This document shows positions 10,541 through 19,256 of a stretch of DNA of 64,000 nt, in pieces. Position 1 is the stretch's first letter, and every line of letters starts with the position of its first letter. The translations under genes were made by a program, and so were the position numbers. Source of the DNA: Thermodesulfobacteriota bacterium (GTDB taxonomy: Bacteria; Desulfobacterota; Desulfobacteria; Desulfobacterales; C00003060); contig JAXHVD010000010.1 of assembly GCA_034189385.1 (NCBI GenBank), positions 32,001 through 96,000 of the forward strand. The letters run 5' to 3'. The notes below the pieces were generated by a model. That model saw nothing but the letters and a program-made list of their open reading frames with translations, was not told the origin of the DNA and made no database searches.

Positions 10541-10730
10541 CCGCATGCTTACCAACTGCTTGAAACGACTGTTAAAAATGTCGTAAGGTTTCCAGAAAAG
10601 AGCTGGGCTCTGGTTTGGACCTTTTGATACAATGGGAGCCTCGGGAGGGGGAAATCCCCTTCTCTTCGGCCTCCAATGCCTTTAGCAGCTGTGGCGAGAT
10701 GGTGGGTGGCAGAGGGGGGCGAAACTTGAG
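10541..10730. mobile_element. Non-autonomous repeat, shorter copy of the 34811-35127 element
   Basis: Shares the core CAATGGGAGCCTCGGGAG-GGGAAATCC-CTTCTCTTCGGCCTCCAATGCCTTT and the terminus GCGAAACTTGAG with the 34.8-35.1 kb element; lacks about 90 bp before the terminus. Confidence 0.75.
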
Positions 10731-10763
10731 ATCTTTGTCTTCAGGTGAAAGGAGATAAACGGC

Positions 10764-12164
10764 ATGCACGTAGCGTTGGTTAACACGAACAGGATACGGC
10801 CCCCCATCGCACCCATTGGCATTGACTATGTGGCTGAGGCCCTCAGCAGCGCAGGGCATCAGGTGAAGATCCTGGATCTTTGCTGGGCCGAGGACGGGGA
10901 GTCTGCCATGAGGGACTTCTTTGGTCGGACAAGTGTTGACCTCGTTGGAGTCACCCTGCGCAATACAGATGATTGTGCCTTTGCGAGCCGGGAGTCTTTC
11001 CTTGAACCGTTTTCCAGCATCGTAAAGGCCATTGGCGACTTCACGGACGCCCCGGTGGTGGTGGGCGGCGTGGGCTTTTCGGTAATGCCGGAGCAGGTCC
11101 TGAAACGCTGTGGGGCCTATCTGGGCCTCTGGGGTGAGGGCGAGTTCGGCCTTGTACAGCTAGCAGAGAATATGGAGGGCAAACGGCTGCGGAAAGATGT
11201 GGCCAACTTGATCTGGCGCCACAAAGATACCTGGCGCCACAATCACCTTTCAAGACCTCCCCTTGAAGCCCTTCCCCCCATGAGCCGAATCTGGGTGGAC
11301 AACCGCCGCTATTTCCGTGAAGGGGGGCAAGCAGGCATCGAGACCAAGCGGGGCTGCCCAGGCGATTGCATTTACTGCGCTGATCCTCTGGCCAAAGGAA
11401 AGAGGACACGGACAAGACCTCCCATGGCGGTGGTGGATGAGGTGGAAAGGCTGCTGGACCAAGGGATCGATCATGTGCACACCTGCGATAGCGAGTTCAA
11501 TCTGCCTAAAGAGCATGCCTCCGCCGTATGCGAGGAGATGATCCGCCGTCGCCTTGGTGAGAGATGTCGCTGGTATGCCTACTGCACGCCCCTTGGCTTC
11601 TCTGCAAAGCTTGCAGACCTCATGGCCCGGGCTGGGTGCGCGGGGATCAACTTTGGGGTGGACAGCGGTGACGAGCATATGTTGAGACGACTGAGGCGGG
11701 GGTATCCACCGGAGGCCATCTTGAATGCCGCCCGCGCATGCCAAGGGGCTGGGATAGTGGTCATGTTCGACCTTCTCCTCGGCGCACCTGGTGAGACACG
11801 CGACAGTCTTGTTACCACCATTGAGCTCATGAACAAGGCCGCGCCAGAGAGGGTAGGCGTGGCCATTGGTGTGCGGGTCTATCCTGGAACCCAGCTTGCA
11901 GAACTGGTGATGAGAGAGGGCCTAAAGGAGGGCCTCGTGGGCAAGGGTGACGGAACGGAACCGCTTTTCTTTATGGAGCCCAAGATTGCTCCCGTTGTTT
12001 CTGAACTCCTGGACAGACTCATTGGGGAGGATGAACGGTTTTTCTACATGGACCCCTTGAGGCCGGACAGAAACTACAATTACAGCGCCAACCAACGGCT
12101 GCAGGATGCGATCAAAGAGGGATACAGGGGCGCCTATTGGGACATTCTCAGAAGGTGTGGATGA
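10764..12164 (+). CDS. Cobalamin-dependent radical-SAM-fold methyltransferase, TsrM-like
   Basis: N-terminal B12 domain (PPIAP, LVGVTLRNTD, GGVGFS), CPGDCIYC, HTCDSEFNL, C-terminal NYNY...GYRGAYW; these blocks resemble tryptophan 2-C-methyltransferase TsrM as I recall it. Confidence 0.85.
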   Translation: MHVALVNTNRIRPPIAPIGIDYVAEALSSAGHQVKILDLCWAEDGESAMRDFFGRTSVDLVGVTLRNTDDCAFASRESFLEPFSSIVKAIGDFTDAPVVVGGVGFSVMPEQVLKRCGAYLGLWGEGEFGLVQLAENMEGKRLRKDVANLIWRHKDTWRHNHLSRPPLEALPPMSRIWVDNRRYFREGGQAGIETKRGCPGDCIYCADPLAKGKRTRTRPPMAVVDEVERLLDQGIDHVHTCDSEFNLPKEHASAVCEEMIRRRLGERCRWYAYCTPLGFSAKLADLMARAGCAGINFGVDSGDEHMLRRLRRGYPPEAILNAARACQGAGIVVMFDLLLGAPGETRDSLVTTIELMNKAAPERVGVAIGVRVYPGTQLAELVMREGLKEGLVGKGDGTEPLFFMEPKIAPVVSELLDRLIGEDERFFYMDPLRPDRNYNYSANQRLQDAIKEGYRGAYWDILRRCG

Positions 12165-12179
12165 TTCCGGACCTGTCTC

Positions 12180-13928
12180 TTACCTCCCATTCTTGCCTTC
12201 CACCACATCCACGAAGGGGCGTCTGGGGCGGCGATGAAATGCCCCGCTTTTCAGGCGCCTGAAGTAATCGTCCAGATCCCGTACAGCCAGATGTCCCATG
12301 GCCAGCACGATAAACATGTTGGCCCATAACATCCAGCCCGTGCCAAAATCAGCCAGGGCACCAAGTTCCGTGTTATTCTTCACCAGGAAAGCCCCTACAA
12401 CGGCTAGCAGTAGGAACAGGAGCTTGTAAGGAAGGACCGATTTCTTGCCGAACATGTATATCATGCTTTGCTCGCCATAGTAGCTCCACGAGATCATGGT
12501 GGAGACGGCAAAGAGCCATGCGGCCAGCGTCACCAGCCACTTGCCCAGGCCGGGGAAGGCACGGTCAAAGGCATGACCCGTGAGGGTGGCCCCGGCGAAG
12601 TTGCGAAAGATCCCCTTGACAGGTCGGCCCTCTTTGTCAAGGATCCACTGGAAGCCGGCTGGCACTTCCTCCCATCTTATGGTTTGGGCTCTTCCCAGGG
12701 TATCTCCCTCGAGGGTACCGTACACTCTGACATGGGCCCAATTCCCCTCTTGAGCGACAGGTTTTCTGAGCACAAAGAATACCTGCGTGTTGATCTTCCA
12801 GGTCTCTCCCAAGGGGAGTTCTGGCAAGGCACTCACCTGGTCAGGAGCAATGAGTTCCACCTTGCCTTCCTTTTCCACAAGCCTCACGTCACCCTTCATC
12901 TCACCAAAGGGTCCGCGATTCCAGGTGTGGGTGGACAGGATGACCAGAGCCGTAAGGCTACATATGCAAAGGGTATCAATGAAGGGGCCCATGCCGCCCA
13001 CGATTCCCTCGCGGGCCGATTCATTTGTCTTGGCAGCAGCATGGGCTATGGGTGCAGACCCCAGGCCAGCTTCGTTTGAGAACAGGGCCCGCTTCATGCC
13101 CTGGGCAAAGACGAACCCGAATGTCCCGCCCATAAAAGCACCAGCAGCCTCTGTCTTGCCAAAGGCGCATTTAAAGATCAGGGCCAACATGGACGGGATC
13201 TCCTGCACGTTTACGGCCAAAACAGCCAGGGAAGAGAGCAGATATAGGATGCACATGACTGGGACCAGCCGGGCAGCCACATGGCCAATCCGTTTAATCC
13301 CGCCGACAATGACCAGTCCCACTAGAATGGATAGGACAATGCCTGTTGCTATCTTGGGCGCCCCAAAGTAGTTGAGCGTCAGGTCGGCCACATTCCAGGT
13401 CTGGAACATGTTGCCCCCTGCCATGGTCATGATCAGTGCGGTGATACAGAAAACAGAGCCAATGGTTTTTGCCGCCACCCGGGAGACCCCCCCTTTAGCT
13501 CCCAGGGTCCTGTCAATCACCCACATGGCCCCGCCGTGGGGATCTTCCGGGTCATCCGTATTGCGATACAGCATGGCCAGCGTGATCTCCACGGTCTTGA
13601 GCGCCATTCCCAGAAGCCCCACCACCCACATCCAGAACAGGGCTCCAGGCCCACCCAGGGCGATGGCCACGGCAACCCCGCCGATGTTGCCCAGACCGAT
13701 AGTGGCAGACAACGCAGCAGAGAGGGCCTGGAAATGGTTGATGGCCCCAGGATCATCGGGATTGTCATAGAGACCACGGGTGACGTCCACGCCATGGGAG
13801 AGGACCTTGAACTGGGAAAAGCGGGTCCAAATGGTGAAAAGTGTGCCTGCCCCGAGGAGAACGTAGAGGGTCCAGGGGCCCCAGAGAAAGCCGTTGATGT
13901 GACAGATCGTCTCGATGAACTGTTCCAT
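12180..13928 (-). CDS. Alanine/glycine:cation symporter (AGCS/AlsT family)
   Basis: FQALSAALSATIGLGNIGGVA, GGPGALFWMW, RALFSNEAGLGSAPIAH, PFIDTLCIC, STMISWSYYGE. Confidence 0.92.
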   Translation of the reverse strand: MEQFIETICHINGFLWGPWTLYVLLGAGTLFTIWTRFSQFKVLSHGVDVTRGLYDNPDDPGAINHFQALSAALSATIGLGNIGGVAVAIALGGPGALFWMWVVGLLGMALKTVEITLAMLYRNTDDPEDPHGGAMWVIDRTLGAKGGVSRVAAKTIGSVFCITALIMTMAGGNMFQTWNVADLTLNYFGAPKIATGIVLSILVGLVIVGGIKRIGHVAARLVPVMCILYLLSSLAVLAVNVQEIPSMLALIFKCAFGKTEAAGAFMGGTFGFVFAQGMKRALFSNEAGLGSAPIAHAAAKTNESAREGIVGGMGPFIDTLCICSLTALVILSTHTWNRGPFGEMKGDVRLVEKEGKVELIAPDQVSALPELPLGETWKINTQVFFVLRKPVAQEGNWAHVRVYGTLEGDTLGRAQTIRWEEVPAGFQWILDKEGRPVKGIFRNFAGATLTGHAFDRAFPGLGKWLVTLAAWLFAVSTMISWSYYGEQSMIYMFGKKSVLPYKLLFLLLAVVGAFLVKNNTELGALADFGTGWMLWANMFIVLAMGHLAVRDLDDYFRRLKSGAFHRRPRRPFVDVVEGKNGR

Positions 13929-14122
13929 GGCAGGAAGACTCCTTCCAATCCCTGTGAAAGGGATTCTGGCCGAAAGAGAAGCCCATGGGCACGGACTGTT
14001 GGATGAAAGGACTAACCGGTATCGAGCCCATGAGGCTGATCCAGTAAAAGGCGACCACCCTTGGTGTGCCTCATGTCGAGGCTCCTACTATCCCTCCCAA
14101 GACGCGCCCTCCTGAGTTCTTC

Positions 14123-15019
14123 TCAGGACTGCTCCGTGCACCATGACTCCACATCGTATCCGGTCAATTGTCTGAAACGATTCACGTCATCTTCAAGAAA
14201 GTCTATCAACCTTTGCCTCAGCGTCTCGTCCAACTGAGGTCGTTCTACCTTGTGTGAAAATGACAGGTAAAGCAGGTGGCCCAAGTTCTGTCCCGTCGTG
14301 TGGGGGAGTCGTTCCAGGATATCCTCAGACAAAGAGTCTAACCATGCCGTCCCGTGACGTCTTCGTCTCTTGCCCCTGGATGGGTGTTTGATAAGAGAAA
14401 ACTCCTCACAGTAAAAGGAATCATCGACCTCCAGAAATCGGAAGACACTCTTTAACGTCTCTTCTCGTTGTCTGTACAAATCTTCTTGCGTAATAATCAA
14501 CACATGGGCCTCTGGAAAAGACCTCAAGTACGGCTCCACTTGCATGGCGTAACGGCTCCGACAGACATAGGGGTTGTCGCCCAAATCGGCCAAAGCCTCA
14601 GACAGCGGCCTCTGTTCTCGGCCTACGGCATACTGGTGAACATAATGGGAGAGGATGCGCTCGATGGGGTCCCTGACAATATAGATCACCTTGGCTTCCG
14701 GGACCAACGTGTGTATGCGTTCCGCAACGCCCTGTGAGAAGGGGTAGTTCGCGTAGTTGGGTGAGGACTCCCCATAGATCTTTGCGTCCCCTACAAAGTG
14801 TGACCTGTACCACTCGATGCCTTTGTGCCAGTTGCCTTGGCGGAGAAAGAAATTGAGCTCCTTTTCCTGTGACATGAAGATCTCTGGATGGAGTCCCAGA
14901 TAGTAGTGGAGACTCGTTGTTGCACACTTCATGGCCCCAATCACGATGAGATTGGGTAGATGGTAACATTCCTTTTGGTCCGATACAGGGATGCCGGCTC
15001 CCTCCAATACAGCTGTCAT
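14123..15019 (-). CDS. PAPS-dependent sulfotransferase family protein
   Basis: 5'-PSB loop LPNLIVIGAMKCATTSL, KELNFF, GESSPNY, 3'-PB RDPIERILSHY. Start uncertain (15019 or upstream). Confidence 0.88.
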   Translation of the reverse strand: MTAVLEGAGIPVSDQKECYHLPNLIVIGAMKCATTSLHYYLGLHPEIFMSQEKELNFFLRQGNWHKGIEWYRSHFVGDAKIYGESSPNYANYPFSQGVAERIHTLVPEAKVIYIVRDPIERILSHYVHQYAVGREQRPLSEALADLGDNPYVCRSRYAMQVEPYLRSFPEAHVLIITQEDLYRQREETLKSVFRFLEVDDSFYCEEFSLIKHPSRGKRRRRHGTAWLDSLSEDILERLPHTTGQNLGHLLYLSFSHKVERPQLDETLRQRLIDFLEDDVNRFRQLTGYDVESWCTEQS

Positions 15020-15483
15020 GTGTCTCTCGTAACGGCCCTTTCCGTTTTTCTCCACAAAAGGTCCTTGTCTTTCTCCTCCGGACAGGTCTTTGTCAACTAT
15101 TCTTGCCCAATGGGCCCGATCAACCCTCTTATCAGCATGTCGATTCAGCCATCTACTTGATATGGCAATGTTTGTCAAGATTCTGGTGTCGGAGGGACGG
15201 AGATTTCATAGATCCACCAGGAGCGGGGCCTCCGGCTGCAGCCATCTGCCATCCTCTGCCGTGGCCCACCAGGGGGCTCCCTCATCCCTCATGGTGCCAG
15301 GGCGCCCACTATATGGTGGTCACTTTCACAACGTCCACAACCTGCTGTGGTTTTTTCTTGACAACCCCTGTAACTCCTGATATGGGACAATACATATTTT
15401 TTTCGAAAGCGGAGTCTCAAATCGGATGACAGGCCGATGCATGGGGTCAACGGCACTCACCATGTCCGCAGAAGGTGATCTTT

Positions 15484-15873
15484 ATGAGGGAAGTTGTTGA
15501 GCAAAGACGCCATGCGCGATTTCGGGTCCCCCTGCTCAGCGCCTATGTCATGCTCCCACGTCCCGGGTCCCACTCTCCCATCGTGGGCAGCATTGTCGAC
15601 ATAGGAATGGGGGGCGTCTCATTTTGCTACATTGCCGGGGATGAACGACCTGACGCATCGTCTCACCTGCACATCTTACTGCCGGACAGAAGCTTCCACC
15701 TGGACAGTATGCCTGTCAGAACGGTTTCTTCGGATTTCCAACTGGAAGATCAAACACCTGTGAATGTGGCAGCCAGGCGATGTGGTGTGACATTTGGGGA
15801 GATGACAGATGACCAAAAACTGGATCTTACCTACTTCATCCAAACCCTTACGGCAGCAGACCCTGAAGCGTAG
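15484..15873 (+). CDS. PilZ-domain (c-di-GMP receptor) protein
   Basis: RxxxR motif EQRRHARF and D/NxSxxG-like DIGMGG, followed by CGVTF. Confidence 0.85.
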   Translation: MREVVEQRRHARFRVPLLSAYVMLPRPGSHSPIVGSIVDIGMGGVSFCYIAGDERPDASSHLHILLPDRSFHLDSMPVRTVSSDFQLEDQTPVNVAARRCGVTFGEMTDDQKLDLTYFIQTLTAADPEA

Positions 15874-15885
15874 TCCGCACAAGAG

Positions 15886-16953
15886 CTATGGGCTCATACC
15901 CAGACCCTCATAGAGTCTCTTAAAATCGACCTTCTCTTCAATGAGCTTGATTCCGTAGTACACCTTCTCCTTTTCCCGGAGGCGCAGCTTTCGAGAAAGC
16001 TCTTCCACCTTCTTGGCCACGGAATAGGTGTCATCTCGAACCACCACAATCGGCACACCCCGGACCTCAGCCCTGGAGATCACGATCTCATTGGGGTAGA
16101 GATTTCCAGTAAGAATGAGACATTGGGTGGAGGCCTCGATGGCTGCCAACTGCACGTCTGCACGGTCACCGCCAACGATGACCGCGTTGTTTCTTGCCTT
16201 TCTGATATATTCAAGGGCACGATCCACCTGCATGCTGCCGATTAAAAAGTGCTCAATGAGTCCGTCCAGTTTGTTGCGGCAGCAAAGCACGTCTCCTGCA
16301 AGGGCATCGACAACATCTCCCACCATCACGGCCCCCAGCAACGCATCGTTTGGAAGGACGCCAAGGACGGGAAGGCCCTTTTGTTCCAGGAAGGGAATGA
16401 TCAATGACTCAACCTTATCCAAATAGCCTGCGCGCACCCTGTTCACGATGACGCCCAGGAGCCTTTCTTGGAGGCGTTCGTGGGCAGCCAAGACCGCGTC
16501 CAGATAAAACTCGCCCTCGTAGCTGTCCACGAGAACGGCCTTGGCGTGGAGTCTTTCCACCAGGCGATAGCCCGATATATCCATAGATTTTCCCGACTCA
16601 AGTCTGCCTGCCCCTCCCACAAGGACCACGTCTTTTCCCTTTGAAACCGTTTCAAAGGCCTCCAGGATCTTTTCTTCCAGTCCGGCGCACTCTCCACGGC
16701 ATGATGCGACCATGAGATCGTGGGTCATGACGACAGGGCAAAGGGTTTCCACCGGATCTTTCAGCATGAGGACCCTGTGGATAAACCAGGCATCCTTGTC
16801 AGTGAGCACCCCATTGATCTTGATAGGCAGCCGGCCAAAGGGCTTGAAGTACCCCACCTTGAGACCGTCTTTCATCAACCGCTGCCCAAGCCCCATCACC
16901 GTCAGGTTCTTTCCTGAATATCCCCCCGTAGATCCCACATATAGAGAAATCAT
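15886..16953 (-). CDS. Phosphotransacetylase-N-terminal-like (BioD-like + DRTGG) protein
   Basis: YVGSTGGYSGKN, GYFKP, VIVGGDRADVQLAA, CLILTGNLYP; no Pta catalytic domain. Confidence 0.88.
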   Translation of the reverse strand: MISLYVGSTGGYSGKNLTVMGLGQRLMKDGLKVGYFKPFGRLPIKINGVLTDKDAWFIHRVLMLKDPVETLCPVVMTHDLMVASCRGECAGLEEKILEAFETVSKGKDVVLVGGAGRLESGKSMDISGYRLVERLHAKAVLVDSYEGEFYLDAVLAAHERLQERLLGVIVNRVRAGYLDKVESLIIPFLEQKGLPVLGVLPNDALLGAVMVGDVVDALAGDVLCCRNKLDGLIEHFLIGSMQVDRALEYIRKARNNAVIVGGDRADVQLAAIEASTQCLILTGNLYPNEIVISRAEVRGVPIVVVRDDTYSVAKKVEELSRKLRLREKEKVYYGIKLIEEKVDFKRLYEGLGMSP

Positions 16954-16976
16954 GAGCGTGCTCCCCCCATACCCCC

Positions 16977-19070
16977 TTACTCGTGTATCGTCATCCTCGC
17001 ATCCACAGCCACTGCCCCTTGACCCTCAGGGCATACCAAGAGCGGATTGATATCTCCTTCAATGATCTCTGGAAAATCCATGGCCAGCTGTGAGAGCCGC
17101 AGCAGGGCTTCACGGATCCCCTTGATGTCGGCCGGGGCCTCCCCCCTGACGCCACGCAGGAGCGGGAAGGCCCGGATTTCACGAATCATGGCATCGGCCT
17201 CCTCCACACTGAGCGGCGCGATTCTAAAGGCCACGTCCTTTAGAACCTCCACGTAGATTCCCCCCAGGCCGAACATGACCATAGGGCCAAACTGGATGTC
17301 CCGCGTAATGCCCAGGATGACTTCCTTCCCCTGCGGTATCATTTCTTGAACCATCACCCCGAGGATACGGGCATCAGGTTGCCGCAATTGGATGTTGGCG
17401 GTAATGTCGAAAAAGGCGTCTTCAACCATGGTCTCGTCTTCCAGCTTGACGCGAACTCCTCCCATATCACTCTTGTGAAGCACATCGGGGGAGGCAATTT
17501 TCATGACCACCGGATACCCGATCTCCGAAGCGGCTTCCACGGCTTCCTTTGTGGTCCTGGCGATGCGATTTTCAGGGAGCCTGAATCCATAAGCCTTGAG
17601 GACTTCCCGGGCCTCTTTCTCAATCAGGTCATGCCGGTGCTGCCCGATCACCGAGGAAAAGATCTGGCGCACTCTGCCACTGTCTGCCTCAAAGTGCTGA
17701 TATCGTCTTTCTGGTTCCTCCTGAGCCCTCCGATAGCAAAGCATGGCGTCCAAGGCCGCAATCGCATCTTCCGGATATTCATAACTGGGAATGGCGTGAT
17801 CCTGAAGGATCTTGCGGGCCCCTTTCACCTTCTTTTCACCCATGAATGCCGTCATCACCGGCTTGTCACTATCTTTAGCCAGCCGCACGATCCCTCTGGC
17901 AACGGCATCTGGATCCTGCGCTGCCGTGGGGGCCAAAAGAATCAGGACAGCATGGATAGCGGGGTCTCTCAGGATCACCTCCAGGGTTCTGTCGTACCTT
18001 TCAGCAGAGGCATCCCCTATGATGTCCACCGGATTGTAAACAGAGGCCGTAGGCGGGAGAAAACTTCTGAGCTCATCTGCCGTCTCCTTTCGGATGGGGC
18101 TAAGGTGAAGAGAGCTCTTTTCACAGGCGTCGGCGGCCAAGATACCCGGTCCCCCTGAGTTTGTAATGATCCCGAGACTCGGGCCGTTGGGCAGGGGTTG
18201 GCTGGCAAAGGCCACGGCGTATCGGAAAAGAGACTGCATGGATTCGGCCCTTATGATCCCAGACTGCTTGAAGGCTGCACTGTAGGCATGTTCCGAACCG
18301 GCCAAGGCCCCTGTGTGTGATGAAGCAGCCTTGGCGCCTGCGCTCGTCGTGCCCGACTTGATAATAATGATCGGTTTGTTCTTTGAGACCTGGCGTGCGG
18401 CCTTCATGAAAAGAGGCCCGTCCTCAATGCTCTCCAGATACCCCAGGATCACCCTTGTGTTCTCGTCGTGTTCCATTGAAAGCATGATCTGCGTCTCTGA
18501 GATGTCCATCTTGTTGCCCAGGCTTACGAATCTGGAGAAACCAACATTCTCACCTAAGGCCCAATCTAAGATAGCGACGCACATGGCTCCAGATTGAGAG
18601 AAAAAGCCAATGTGACCATCAAGGGGCATGCCGGCGGCAAAGGAGGCATTGAGGGCGCTCGCTGTATCGATGATGCCCAGACAATTGGGCCCTATCACCC
18701 GAAGACCCAGTTCCCGAGCCCGGACGGCCAAGGCCTCTTCCAAGCGGCCCCCTTCAGGCCCGATCTCCTTGAATCCGGCTGTAATGATCACCACGGAATC
18801 GACCTTCTTCTTGCCGCACTGCTCTATGACCTCCGTGACTGCTGGAGAAGGCAGCGCAACAATGGCCAGATCGATCTGAGAAGGAACGGAGACCAGGTCC
18901 GGGAAGGCCTGGCGCCCCAGGATCTCTTCGGCCTTTGGGTTGATGGGATAGACAGCGCCCTCAAACCCGTAACGCACTATATTGTTTAGAATATCGTAAC
19001 CGATCTTGCCCGGGTTCTGCGAGGCCCCGACAACGGCTATTGAGGAAGGATTGAAAAAATGTTCTAGCAT
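16977..19070 (-). CDS. ADP-forming acyl-CoA synthetase (acetate-CoA ligase), fused alpha/beta
   Basis: CoA-binding PSSIAVVGAS, GPNCLG, SQSGA, phospho-His SSHTGALAG, ATP-grasp HKSDMGGV, DINPL, VDAR. Confidence 0.93.
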   Translation of the reverse strand: MLEHFFNPSSIAVVGASQNPGKIGYDILNNIVRYGFEGAVYPINPKAEEILGRQAFPDLVSVPSQIDLAIVALPSPAVTEVIEQCGKKKVDSVVIITAGFKEIGPEGGRLEEALAVRARELGLRVIGPNCLGIIDTASALNASFAAGMPLDGHIGFFSQSGAMCVAILDWALGENVGFSRFVSLGNKMDISETQIMLSMEHDENTRVILGYLESIEDGPLFMKAARQVSKNKPIIIIKSGTTSAGAKAASSHTGALAGSEHAYSAAFKQSGIIRAESMQSLFRYAVAFASQPLPNGPSLGIITNSGGPGILAADACEKSSLHLSPIRKETADELRSFLPPTASVYNPVDIIGDASAERYDRTLEVILRDPAIHAVLILLAPTAAQDPDAVARGIVRLAKDSDKPVMTAFMGEKKVKGARKILQDHAIPSYEYPEDAIAALDAMLCYRRAQEEPERRYQHFEADSGRVRQIFSSVIGQHRHDLIEKEAREVLKAYGFRLPENRIARTTKEAVEAASEIGYPVVMKIASPDVLHKSDMGGVRVKLEDETMVEDAFFDITANIQLRQPDARILGVMVQEMIPQGKEVILGITRDIQFGPMVMFGLGGIYVEVLKDVAFRIAPLSVEEADAMIREIRAFPLLRGVRGEAPADIKGIREALLRLSQLAMDFPEIIEGDINPLLVCPEGQGAVAVDARMTIHE

Positions 19071-19216
19071 GTAGAGACCTGTTTACCAGTCTGCCATAGT
19101 GAATAGCGGGGCCAAAACGCAAGGGGCACCCACTCCATTTTTATAACATCTTTCTATTCAAAGGCAACACCCAATAGACCGACCTTCACCGTGATCCTCC
19201 TGGAGTCTATTTTCTC

Positions 19217-19246
19217 TTGACCTTACGCCCGTGTCTTTTCTATAAG
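19217..19246 (+). promoter_or_regulatory. Candidate sigma-70 promoter
   Basis: TTGACC-N18-TATAAG ending 10 nt before the GTG at 19257. Confidence 0.5.
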
Positions 19247-19256
19247 GCAAAGCACC

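Noticed and set aside
10541..10763. Cobalamin riboswitch before the TsrM-like gene
   Set aside because: GGGAA is present but no B12-box or GCAACTGT-type elements; the region is explained by the dispersed repeat.
13929..14122. Glycine riboswitch before the AGCS symporter
   Set aside because: The conserved GGAGA / CCGAAG / CTCTCAGG aptamer blocks are not present in order.
15306..15350. Pair of NrdR-box-like sequences
   Set aside because: Each matches only about 10/16, the spacing is 29 bp, and no nucleotide-reduction gene is adjacent.
16977..19070. Protein lysine acetyltransferase (Pat/YfiQ)
   Set aside because: No GNAT domain, and the catalytic His residues of ADP-forming synthetases are intact.
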